Positions 52,433 through 64,000 of a stretch of DNA of 64,000 bases are shown piece after piece. The translations under genes were made by a program, and so were the position numbers. The notes below the pieces were generated by a model. The model did no database searches, had not been told where the DNA came from, and worked only from the letters and a program-made list of their open reading frames with translations. This DNA comes from Eledone cirrhosa (lineage: Eukaryota). The stretch spans positions 126,108,001 through 126,172,000 of the forward strand of contig OZ024745.1 in the NCBI GenBank assembly GCA_964016885.1. Direction: 5' to 3'. Each line of letters opens with the position of its first letter. Position 1 is the first letter of the stretch.

Positions 52433-53743
52433 ACTCTATAGTGTATTTGGTTTTGAAAAGGTACACTGTTTTCCTAAAAATAGTTGGAGTCAAGAAGGGC
52501 ATCTTGCTGTAAATATTGCCTCAAAAAGTTCTATCTAACCCATGCCATCTTAGAAAACTTGACATAAAAACGATGATGATGATGATTAGATAAGTCTCAT
52601 GAGATAAGCTCACTTTAAAAACTACAAAGCTACATTTGTATCAACTGAATTTTAGTAGTGATACTCAGCAATTTCACAATGCTGCTCCTGCTTACATTGA
52701 TAGCATACACTTTGTCTTCATGGAGTAGATATCTGTTCCCCCTTCAGTTTGTTGCTGCTTACTCTGAGAAATTCATTTTTAGCTCAGCTTCTTTATCAGT
52801 CTGTGTATGTTTACCACTTTCTCAATTTCAAACATACAGACTTACCAGACTGAACTTTCTAGGCTATTAATAATTCCTAAAATGTGTTGACAATATGTGA
52901 CATGATCAAACAAACACAGGACACTCTGTAAAGTGGTTGGTGCCACAAGAAATAGAAATCCGTCCTCCCTGAATAGTGGTTATGCTGGTACCACAAAAAA
53001 CTCCCAGGGCCCAATTTATAATGGATCCCAGGAGTTTATTTCATGGCAAACAGAACAGATAAATAAGACATAATTACCTGATCTATCTAGCCTCATAACA
53101 TGACAGCCCATCTAACAAATGCAAATATGAAAAATAGGCATTAAATGGTGATGATGATACTAATCTCTGATCATCAGATATTTGGATATGTATAGGTACA
53201 TATTTGTAAATATTTACTCTAAACTTAAAGTTAATAATCCATAGCACTTTCATATATTGAATGAGTTTCTTTGGCTATTTCATTTTTATTTTTTATTTTA
53301 TCTACTATTTTTTTAGCAGGTAGAAACTTGTGATCTTTACATCATCATCAGTATTATCATTCTTTCATTTACCTTCAGCCCTCCCCTTCAAACACACACA
53401 GGATTGGTAATGAAGTCTGCTGCCTCTGGTTCTATGAAACAAAACTACCCATTTTAAAGGGTCCTATATTAATTAAAACCTTCCATCACACCATCTGATC
53501 CTATCTTTGCAAGCCACTGGGTTAAACAATAACAGCAACCAGCTGTGGAATGAGTCACAAAGAAACCTCAATTCCAGTGGTTCCTAGCGTAAAGTCTACA
53601 ATATTTCATGTCCCACTGGTGCCAACTTCTATCGGAATTTGTCTTTCCTTTGGATGACATCAGTGGCATGGAGAAGGAAGACCTGTGTGCGTGCACAACT
53701 GCTGGTCTTCCACAAAAAGACCTTGTCCAGACTGACACATTAA

Positions 53744-53931
53744 CCCTTTAGCATTTACATTACTTTATATTTACTATCATATTTTCACACATAATATCGA
53801 ATCTATGAGATTTTGATATTATTTATTTTGATAACAATACCTTAACATCAATATGAGTGGCTGGTTACAGCCTGTTTGAACAGAAAGTGGTGAGAGAATT
53901 CTAGCCGAATATGGCCGGTTTAGATGCTAAG
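53744..53931. mobile_element. piggyBac-like MITE
   Basis: TTAA-CCCTTTAGCA ... TGCTAAG-TTAA; homologous to 46079 and 56845. Confidence 0.8.
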
Positions 53932-54804
53932 TTAATTGTTTAAGTTAACTGTAAAGTTATTTTCTAGGTGAAAACTCATAGACATTCATGGCTGAAAAGG
54001 ACCCTATGACATATGCTTTAAGAGACTGAATTGCCACAACTGGAGTGCATGTGATCATAAGATTGTTTGATCAGGGTTGACACGGGGCTAAACAGCAACA
54101 ATACTGTATATCTGTATATAATCTTAATACACCACATCATACCTATAGTTTGTCCCATAACAATTTCTCAATTTAATATAACAAAACCTTCTTGTAGTCA
54201 TTCAAGAGGTGTGTAGAAACCTAATATGTGTGTATGGTGAGAGATGGTGTAGATGCCAGTAACCTATTCCATCACTACCCCCAATGATACAAGTACAGCT
54301 CGGACAGTGTGGGAGAATACTCTCTGGCATGCAAAACACCAGGCACAAGCTACCTCATCAACAGACAGAAAGGAGAAAATATTACTCCTGAGAGTACTGA
54401 TGGAGATATGTTGATGTAGTCATTCCAATTTATAGGGCTCACTTACTCATGCAGGCAGCCAACTCTGCCCTGGCAGCGGTGAGTTAGGAAGTGCTACTGG
54501 TGTGTTATATTTTAGTGCATTACCACTATCTTTTGCAGGTAGCAATATGAACTGAACTCAATACTACAAGCCAATGATGCTCTTATTATGATATACAGTG
54601 TTTCTTCTAATTACAATGATAAGTTGTTATTCAGTGCTTATCTATTTATATAGAGATGAAAATATCTGTCTGTCTGTATGTGGGGGATGCATTTCAAAAG
54701 TTTCCATCCGATTTCCTTCAAATCTGATACATAGGTTACTTAGCTCCCAGAGCATGTCAACACATGTAAATGTTTGTCTCCCCTGAAATAGCAGAGTTCT
54801 GAAG

Positions 54805-54859
<55 letters not shown>

Positions 54860-54996
54860 TTATTCCGGGTTCAGAAAAGATATAAATACCACCATATTTA
54901 CTTGGACAGTCAGCTTCCTGATGATTTCTCACGAATGAAACACTTCTAGTCCTGTAGAAACATTTCTATATTAAATATATATATATATATATATAT

Positions 54997-55860
54997 ATCG
55001 TCATCGTCGTTTTACGTCCATTTTTCCATGCTAGCATGGGTTAGACGATTTATCCTGTTGTGGGCACTGCCAGGTCAGGTGACCATGTCTTGCACATACA
55101 AAACTGATTTGGGCTTGATTTTTACAGCTGCATGCCCTTCCTTGCGCCAACCTCAGTAAGTACTGGGTGCTTTTTGTCATGACTCCTACACGACGACTTT
55201 ACAGTGTGTACTGGGTGCTTTTTGTCGTGACACCTACATGACCACTTTACAGTAGGAGGGGAGTGGGAGCATACTGTATATATGCTTCAGCTTCGGCCTG
55301 TATCCGTAGAAAGTCGAGTCTTCTGTATTACTGGGTAACGCCAGCGGTCTCGGTCCTGTGTCATAGCCTTTGAGAGGTGCAATTGGGCATGGTCAGTTTT
55401 TATCACCACATCCCACATCTTCTAATGTCTCCCCACACCAAGGCTTCCATCGACTTTGAGCGCTCTGCACCTTTTTATGCAGCTGTCATCCTTCATATGC
55501 ATCACATGTCCATACCATCGCAACCTCCTCTCCTGCACACGTTTGATTCCTCTTATGCCCAGTCTCTCTCTCAGTTCGTTTATGCTCTGCCGTTCACGTA
55601 TGTTACTATTGTTACACATCCATCGGAGCATGCGAGCTCCATTTCTTTCCAGTCTATGCAAGTCTTCCGCACACAATGCCTAGGTCTCACTACCATGCAA
55701 CATTGATGTTCGTATGCATGCATCATTGTCTGCCTTTCATTTTAAGGGACAATCCTTTTGCCCTTCCTAACACCAAGATCATTTACAGTGAGTACTGGGT
55801 GCTTTTTGTAGCTTCACCAGCATGACCACTTTACAGTGTAGACTGGGGGCTTTTGTCGTA
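54997..55860 (-). mobile_element. SINE with (GAT/GAC)n tail and 48-bp units, interrupted by an RTE 3' fragment (~55253-55775)
   Basis: ORF 55422-55676 MCAEDLHRLERN...QERRLRWYGHVM...; SINE tail CCCATGCTAGCATGGAAAAATGGACGT. Confidence 0.8.
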
Positions 55861-56844
55861 AATATACACACATAGTTGGCGTATTACTTTTGCTGATTAG
55901 TCAGAATGTATTCTAATTTTTAAAAAGGCGTTTCATTCTTGTTTTATGATATAATCTGTAATTTCTACATGTGCAACTATCCAAATACCTTATAACTGGT
56001 AATGTATTTATACGGAGGAGTCTATGTAGCCAGTAAGAGTTTAAGACACCATGAGTTGCGGCCCGAGTTAAGATAATTGTTAAGACAATTTTAAAATGTT
56101 TCCCCCATCAATTGGTAAAAAACAAGTTACAATCATTTAGTCGTCTATTCATAACATATGTTACGAATTAGTTACATACACACACATCTACATGTAAATA
56201 CATAAACAGATACAGACAACAGAAAGAAAGGGCTGGTGAAGCGCTATAGCAATGTATGTTGCGTCCCTTTAGGGTATACCGGCTACATAGCCTATTCGTA
56301 TTTATATGAATGTGGTTAATTAAATAAATAAAATAATTGTTTAAAAATACGAGTGAAAAATATTGGAAACAGAAAACGTGGAAGAGACAAAGCACATGGA
56401 CAATTCCTGCTCCTCGGCTGTCTTTCTGGGGACCATTATAGTTTCGGCTGCTTTATAAAAATCAGTTGCAAATAAAAATTTATTTCCTAAATTAGACGAT
56501 AAAATAAAATAGAACAACCTACAAATCAGGGGAGGTAACTAAGATTTCTACAGAGTCACTTACCTTTGAAATCTATTGTACGTATATGTTTAAATGTTTT
56601 CATTTTATCACACACATCAAATAAATAATTTAAAAAGTTTGTTTACTCACAGCTATGCTACAACTGTATTGCTGTGAAATATTACAACACCTGGAAAAAT
56701 CAACCATGATTACCATCTAGGATGTGTTGTTAAAGCTTTATCAAAGATCATTTATTCATTCCAGGTTAAACACTCCTATATAGGGCCATCTGGCTGACTA
56801 GAAATATCAGACAATTCTCTCAAATTGCATCCCAGCTGTCTTAA

Positions 56845-57039
56845 CACTTTAGCATTTATGTTACCCTATATTTACTATAGTGTTTTTGTGGTAGTTCAGA
56901 TAATATTGAATCTATGAGATTTTGATATTTATTTTCAGAACAATACCTTAACATAAATATGACAGCCAGTTATGGCTGGTTTGAACAGAAAGAGGTGAGA
57001 GAATTCTTGTCGGATATGGCTGGTTTAAATGCTAAAGGG
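56845..57039. mobile_element. piggyBac-like MITE
   Basis: TTAA-CACTTTAGCATTTA ... TAAATGCTAAAGGG-TTAA. Confidence 0.85.
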
Positions 57040-58013
57040 TTAATGGAAAGAATACATTAGATAATGTAGTTCAGGATATTCCTAAAAAATAGGTTGGTAA
57101 AAACTGAAATTTTATTCTATTTTATTAGCCCTTAATTTCTTGTGAATTTGAAGGGGTACCATCATTACACATCACATGACTTGGGAATTTTAAGCCTGAT
57201 TATTCTCCAGGTCACAAAGAAACAAGATGGAAGGCAAAGCTGACCTCAGCTGGATTTGAACTCTGATCACAGAGAACCAGAATGAATATTACAAGGCATT
57301 CTATCCAACACTCTAATGAATATACCATGAAGAATAGAATACCTTTGATTAATCAAGGCTGATATGGAGCCAGACAGTGTCTAAGATGTATTTATGCACC
57401 ATTGCAATGTCTGTAAGGTAACCTTAAAAATCTAAGGATGAAAACAGAAGTAAACAACATTCTTCACTACCTTGAATATTTCTTTCAGTGATTGGGAGGG
57501 GGGAGTTGGTGGAGCATCGGATAAAATATTATTTGTAGTATTTGATGTGTTCAAATCCTGCCATGGTCAGCTTTGCTTTCAGTGGTATATAAAATAAAGT
57601 ACCCCTAAAGAATTGGGATTGATATAATCAACTTTGCCCTTCTCCCAAATTTGCTGGCCTTGTACCTAAATTGGTAATCAACGTTCCCTAGTATGGTTTT
57701 TGCAGAGCCTGATCTAATAAAGTGTTTTTCTCCAACACATACCAGAGATTTTTGCCTTTATTGCTGCTTTTGACATCAACAAAGATTTTGACTACATCAC
57801 ACATGAGAAGAATCTTTTAACTGATATGACTGACTATAAGCTACATCCAGCTTTTAGCAGTCTCATGGTTCAGGTGTTTCCTTCCAGTATGTTCAGTTAT
57901 ATCTACCACATGAGAGCTACTGTGCTGAAAAAGATCAATCATATACACATATTACTGAGATTTATATTTTTTTTACTGTTATTTCAAACCACACATATCT
58001 TCTATACATATAT

Positions 58014-58198
58014 TTGTTTCTACTTTTGGCACAAGGCCAGCAATTATCCCAATGCATTACTGGTACTTTATTTTATCGACCCCGTAAGGATGAAAGGCAA
58101 AGTTAACCTCGGTGGGATTTGAACTCAGAACAGCAAGGGCCGTAACTCTTTGCTGCAAAGCATGGCGTCCGACCCTCTACCGATACTGCCAATTCACC
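58014..58198 (-). mobile_element. Meta-domain SINE
   Basis: Consensus match. Confidence 0.9.
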
Positions 58199-58937
58199 TA
58201 CTACTCAAATAGGTAGGATATTGCTGCTGAAACTATACATACAGATATCCTTGTATCAAAAGTATTCACCAGATTGGTAAACACGTAGAAAGCTAGTGGT
58301 TAACATTTATATTATTTCTCCGACCTTATTTCATGATTATTATAGCTTCTGTGCCGTAGACAAGATAACTCATACTAACATGTTTGAACTTTTTTTCCAA
58401 CAGTTCATAACTTCAAAGCTAAATGGGGCTACTAGTTTATTGATGTGACATTTATCAATATTTTCAGATATGTGTTATTAATAAATGTTTGTTTTAAAAA
58501 ATAATCATTTTACTAAAAATAAATCCCAGCACAGCAACTGTAGCTGTGTAAAATATATGCAGCAGTCAACAGGTTAAACTAGCAAGCGGAATATCACCTC
58601 CATCAAGGACCACAAGATACACCTATCTCTCTTCTTTGTATCATCTCGGCAGTTTTTTCCATCCCTAGATCTGCATTAAAATCTTTTCTCAATCTTTTCT
58701 TCCATTTAGAAATCTTTCCTTATCCACGTTTGCCTGTAGACATCAATATAAAACAGTTCAAACTGAATGTCACCTGCCAATCTCAGCCACTAGATTCTAG
58801 CTACTATCTCTACTCTGTTCTAAACAAAAAAAAGCACACCAAAAGAAAAATACATTCTGTAATAGATCAAAATTATTTAACATATTTAAAAATGATGAAC
58901 TTCTGATATTTGTCATGTTTTGATCTGTTTTGTTTGC

Positions 58938-59348
58938 ATTGGATTGGCAGTATTGGTAGAGGGTTGGACGCCATGCTTTGCAGCAAAGAGTTACGGCCCT
59001 TTATGGTCTGAGTTCAAATCCCGTTGAGGTTAACTTTGCCTTTCATCCTTACGGGGGTCGATAAAATAAAGCACCAGTAATACACTGGGTAATTACTGGC
59101 CTTGTGCCAAAAGTAGAAATAATTATTGCTGGCTATGTCCACAAGACATCTTTCATTATGATAATGGATTGGCAGCATTGGAAGAGGACCGGTTGCCAAG
59201 CTTTGCGGCATAGAGTTACTGCCCTTTATGGTCTGAGTTCAAATACCGCCGAGGTTCATTTTGCCTTTCATCCTTATGGGGTCGATAAAGCACCAATAAT
59301 GCACTGAGATAATTGCTGGCCTTGTACCAAAAGTAGAAACAATTATTG
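58938..59348 (+). mobile_element. Two Meta-domain SINEs
   Basis: Consensus matches at 58938-59128 and 59165-59348. Confidence 0.9.
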
Positions 59349-59917
59349 ACTAAGGGCTGCACTCATATGAAAAGCCAATGATATAATGAGGAGAGACATT
59401 AATATTTATGAGGCTTATGAGAAATATGAATTGTAAGAAAAAAAAATTGAAAATTAAGTTGATAAAATAAACAGCAGTTACTAACTGTGATTGGATTTAA
59501 TCTGAGGTCTTTGTCAAGTTCAATCAAATAAATGGATTATTTTTTATTTATTCATTTTATTCAGAACAGAAATATATGAAAACAGTTAAACAAAATGAAG
59601 TAAAAAAAAATTTACTCTTCATAAAATATTATTCCCTTTTCACTTTTTATTGCTTTCATTCTTTCTCAGAATTCATGAATATTGATGTCTTTTATGACCA
59701 AGTTGTTTTGCTTCAGTAAATGCGCTCTCTACATGAATTGTATAAATACCAGAGACCAAAACAAGGCTAGTGTATGTCATTTGAAATTCTGATTTTTTTC
59801 AAAAATATGGATACTAATCACTATTATTAGTCAAAACCAGCTCTGGTTCTATGAAACCAAACGAACCATTTCAAAAGATTCCTATTTATATTTAAAATTT
59901 TGGATATAATTTTAGTC

Positions 59918-60260
59918 CACACTGTAAAGTGGTAGTGTAGGTGTCATGACAAAAAGCACCCAGCTCACACTGTAAAGGGGTCATGTTGGTGTCATGACAA
60001 AAAGGACCCAGCCTACACTGTAAAGTGGTCATGTTAGTGTCATGACAAAAAGCACCCAGCCCACACTGTAAAGTGGTCATGTTGGTGTCATGACAAAAAG
60101 GACCCAGCCTACACTGTAAAGTGGTCATGTTAGTGTCATGACAAAAAGCACCCAGCCCACACTGTAAAGTGGTCATGTTGGTGTCATGACAAAAAGCACC
60201 CAGCCCACACTGTAAAGAGGTTGTGTAGGAAACATGGCAAAAAACACGCAGCACACACTG
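59918..60260 (+). repeat. 48-bp minisatellite, 7 units, inside a SINE ending at ~60402
   Basis: Unit CACACTGTAAAGTGGTCATGTTRGTGTCATGACAAAAAGSACCCAGCC. Confidence 0.95.
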
Positions 60261-61715
60261 GCATTAGGAAGAGTATCCAGCCGTAGAAATCTAGCCAGAA
60301 ACAGTCCTATATAAGTGAGACCCAACTTGCCTCTAATGGGACAAACCAGTCTAACCCATGCTAGCGTAGAAAATAGACGTTCAATGATGATGATGATGAT
60401 GAAGCCCTCAAAATTCTTTATTGATTACCATATTTCCCATCATCAAAGACACTTCACTGTTGAGGATGCAACCCAATTTTGACAATCAAAAATTTGAAAT
60501 ATAAAGATAAACATAAAAATAAGGCCCCGGCTCTTTGGTTCTTGTTACCTAATTTTTTGTGATATTTTGTTTGTTTACTACTTTAACTAAGTATAATTTA
60601 TAGACTTGAATAAGAGGTCATATACAGGAATTCAGATTATTGTCTAGCACAGATAATTTTCCTGTTGGGTTAGGATATGCCTATGAGAAATACAACCTTC
60701 AGCCTCCAGAACGCATGGTAGATTACCAAGCCTCGTTTTAGGGGGGAAAATAGTGTCTTCAATGCTGGGAAATATGGTAATTGAAATAGACTGTATTTAA
60801 TTAGAAATAACATCATGAAAGGGTTAAATAATTTCTATAAATTTGAATATGAATATTTTGGTTTGCTTTTATTTCTTTAGGGATATTTCTCACCAATAAC
60901 TAGTGTATAACAGAGCACGATGTGAAGTGACAGCTAACTAACTAGTAATTGATTATTTTGAGGGTTTATGGAGTCCATGATGAGTCTTCTCACCACTAAA
61001 TAAATGTCATGTGAAAATAAATGTTTCTTTTTCTGTTGCTTCCTCTTTCTCTCCCTTTAATTTTCTAAATTGCCTTTATTAGTCTGTTTCTTTTCACAAA
61101 TTTAGACATTTGTTTGTTGTTAAAGCAATTGTTTTTACAGCTGAAACTTCCTTCTGTTGCTAACCACTCAATCATAATATGACAGGGAAAGAACCTGTTG
61201 TTAAGTGAGACAAATTAAATGGAGCTATGGTTTCTACCCAGGGGCATACCATATATGAGACAGTAACCTGATTAGTTATTTGATCAGTAGTTCAGCACCT
61301 CAACTTAACAAAATGGCAAGAGATAAGAATAAAAATATAAAATTCAAAAAGAAAACAAGAGAGACACAATTAAAATTTAAGAATTTATATTTTTTCTCAA
61401 ATTGTTTATTTTTTTCTTTTTTGAAAATTTTATCAAGAAAAAAAATTTAAAAAAAAAAGTAAAATATTTAATAATAATACATGGGAATTTCAAGATTTTC
61501 TTTCATTTCCAAACTAATACTGGCAATTAAAATACTTTGTATTTGAATAGTTTATTTGGCAAGACAGAGCCAAAGCATTTAATTTCACAGGGTTTTTTCT
61601 TTTTTTTTTAAACATTACTTTTGTCTTTGACACACAGCACCAGAGAGAATAGCTTCACATTATATCAGACATCCTTCTATGTTTATGCACTGAACTGTGT
61701 TGTTGAATGCACACA

Positions 61716-61748
<33 letters not shown>

Positions 61749-62049
61749 GCAAACACAAATATACACATATATTATACAGAGGTTTGTATTTTCTTTATAT
61801 ATACACTTACAAATTTGAGTTTTCTTAAACATATATATGCTTGCTTTTGTTTGTGTATGTACACATGACCTTACACAGAAATAAATAAAAGAAAGCAGAT
61901 CATATTCATCCATGTACTTATATGTTTAAAATAGTGTTATATATATATATCCAGGGAGTGTAACTTGGAGTTACTGTAGGTTCACCTGGGTGAGCACTCA
62001 ATGTTTAGGTTCACTTCAGTGTCGAGGTGTAGAGCTAGACAGAGAGTAT

Positions 62050-62271
62050 TATATTGAAATAAGATAACGAGGACGATTGGTTACTCCTTCATTACATTTA
62101 TTGGTTGTTGACACGTGTTTCACCACTGACCAGCTCAAGATTCGTCGAGCTGCAGATTACAGAATCGGGTAAAATCGATACAGATCGAACGTTGAGCTGA
62201 TCAGTGGTGAAACGCGCGTCACCAACCAATAAATGTAATGAAGGAGTAACCAATCGTCCTTGTTATCTTTT

Positions 62272-62278
<7 letters not shown>
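62050..62278. mobile_element. TA-anchored fold-back element (family G) with two HHR 3' halves
   Basis: Arms 62050-62138 and 62192-62278; GAAA-C-GCGC-G-TC on plus and GAAA-C-ACGT-G-TC on minus, each followed by AATAAA. Confidence 0.85.
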
Positions 62279-62325
<47 letters not shown>

Positions 62326-63321
62326 GTTAAACTAAGATATCAACAATTCAAAAGAACTATCTTTCTGCAATTTCCTTGCAGAGTGTACAGAATTATTTAT
62401 GAACTTTTCTTATAAAAGTTTATTTAGCTACTAAAAACACTCTCCAAGAAAATAACCTGAAGAGTGCTTTTAATAGCAGAACAAAGCTATATTTTCCAAG
62501 AATATATATATATATAATGTAAATTAGAAATACATTAGGCTAAGCATATCCACGAACAAACAGATAAAGTTAATTAACAAAAGATGTAAATATGAAAGGA
62601 TGGTAAGACTGGAGGAAAATTAAAAGGTAAGTCTACAAAAGGTTTAACAAATAGATGGCGTTTTATGAAATATTCCATGTGCACATGTATGTGCATATGT
62701 GTGTGCCTGAATCTCATGGATTAACAGAGAAAACTTGATACAGAACTGACAAGCTCCTTCGCCTGTTAACTTTCAAGGGTAGGGACTATACAATTGCTTT
62801 ATGGTTCTTCTAGCTTTAAATGCAGTTGATAGATCTGTCATTTAACCTTTCTGGTTTGTAGAGAACTGTGTTCTTTGACAGATAAATTACTATGGGATAC
62901 TCTTTCCCCTTTTTTAAATATTGTATGCTACCTTTGAAGATATTTAGAGGAAAGACAGAGCCTTGCTAAAAAAATCATTTACAAATTTACAAATTGAGAC
63001 TGCAGGTTACAAACATAAATATGCATTTCTATGCACACATGTGGGCTGGAAGTGATGAGAACATTGTTAAAAATGTCAGAATTAATTTTATAGGGTTAAT
63101 ATCTTAAAAAAAAAATCAACAAAATTAGTTGAATAAATGTTGGTCTTTTAAGAAGTTGCTTCTATACAAATCCATTGTGTGTGTGTTAAATGAAGAAGAC
63201 ATGAACGTTTGTTGTCACTTAAGAATATTACTAGATCATAAAAAATTAAAAAATTATCACTCCTCATGGTTTAAGGCTTAAATTATGAGACTTGTGTTCA
63301 ATAAAATTTGTGCGTTTGACA

Positions 63322-63496
63322 ATATATATATATACATATATACATACATATACACATACATATATATATATATATATACATATATACATACATATACACA
63401 TACATATATATATATATATACATATATACATACATATACACATACATATATATATATATACATATATACATACATAAACATATATAGATATATACA

Positions 63497-63527
<31 letters not shown>

Positions 63528-63540
63528 ATACATATATACA

Positions 63541-63571
<31 letters not shown>

Positions 63572-63859
63572 ATACATATATACATATATATACATATATA
63601 CATAAATATATATACATATATACACATATATATATATATATATATACATACATATATATATATATACATACATATATATATATATACATATATACATATA
63701 TACATACATATATATATATCATCATCATCATCATCCTCAACATGTTACATCAGCTTTTCTCATATATATATATACATACATACATATATACATATATTTA
63801 TACATACATATATTTATACATACATATATATACATATATATATACCTATATATATATAC

Positions 63860-63903
<44 letters not shown>
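63322..63903. repeat. Compound (TA)/(TACA) microsatellite
   Basis: Direct inspection. Confidence 0.95.
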
Positions 63904-63905
<2 letters not shown>

Positions 63906-64000
63906 TATAATAATGTATAAGTCACACCTCCATTTTACATACATTTACAATCGGCATCATTTAACACCTCTTTTCTTTGCTACGAATTGAGGTTTTGTAG

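Noticed and set aside
54911-54956. CTGATGA-TTTC-TCAC-GAAT-GAAA-C...G-TC in a TA-flanked module
   Set aside because: Core boxes are present but stem I does not pair; possibly a decayed HHR, not counted.
56555-56585. Minus-strand 9-nt microexon before GTAAGT
   Set aside because: No polypyrimidine tract; such a match is expected by chance.
59918-60260. CRISPR-like array or 16-aa repeat protein (ORF 59892-60254)
   Set aside because: Contiguous tandem units without unique spacers, inside a SINE, in eukaryotic DNA with no cas genes.
62449-62495. CTGAAGA-G-TGCT..AGCA-GAAC in a TA-flanked module
   Set aside because: GAAA box and stem III disrupted; suggestive only.

Overview
This is an AT-rich, microsatellite-saturated animal genomic window. 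The SINE families and repeat density suggest an octopod cephalopod, which is an inference. No host protein-coding gene can be supported: the long ORFs in the track are translations of simple repeats or decayed retroelement fragments. The window is a mosaic of tRNA-derived Meta-domain SINEs (often in head-to-tail arrays), other SINEs, degenerate RTE-type LINE fragments, hAT, Tigger and piggyBac-like MITEs, a hAT transposase remnant and a solo LTR. The most striking signal is a dense set of short (100-500 bp) elements from many sequence-unrelated families whose 3' ends abut (TA)n arrays and which carry type I hammerhead ribozyme (HHR) motifs. I count about 16 complete or near-complete cores plus several half-cores. 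Most have a minimal stem III with a palindromic loop, many have a greatly extended stem II, and in many the predicted cleavage site lies a near-constant 50-62 nt from the (TA)n array. Many occur as fold-back palindromes that turn around at or next to the ribozyme. This looks like a Penelope-like (PLE) or retrozyme-type non-autonomous system that targets TA microsatellites. All folds and alignments were read by eye and are not computationally verified.
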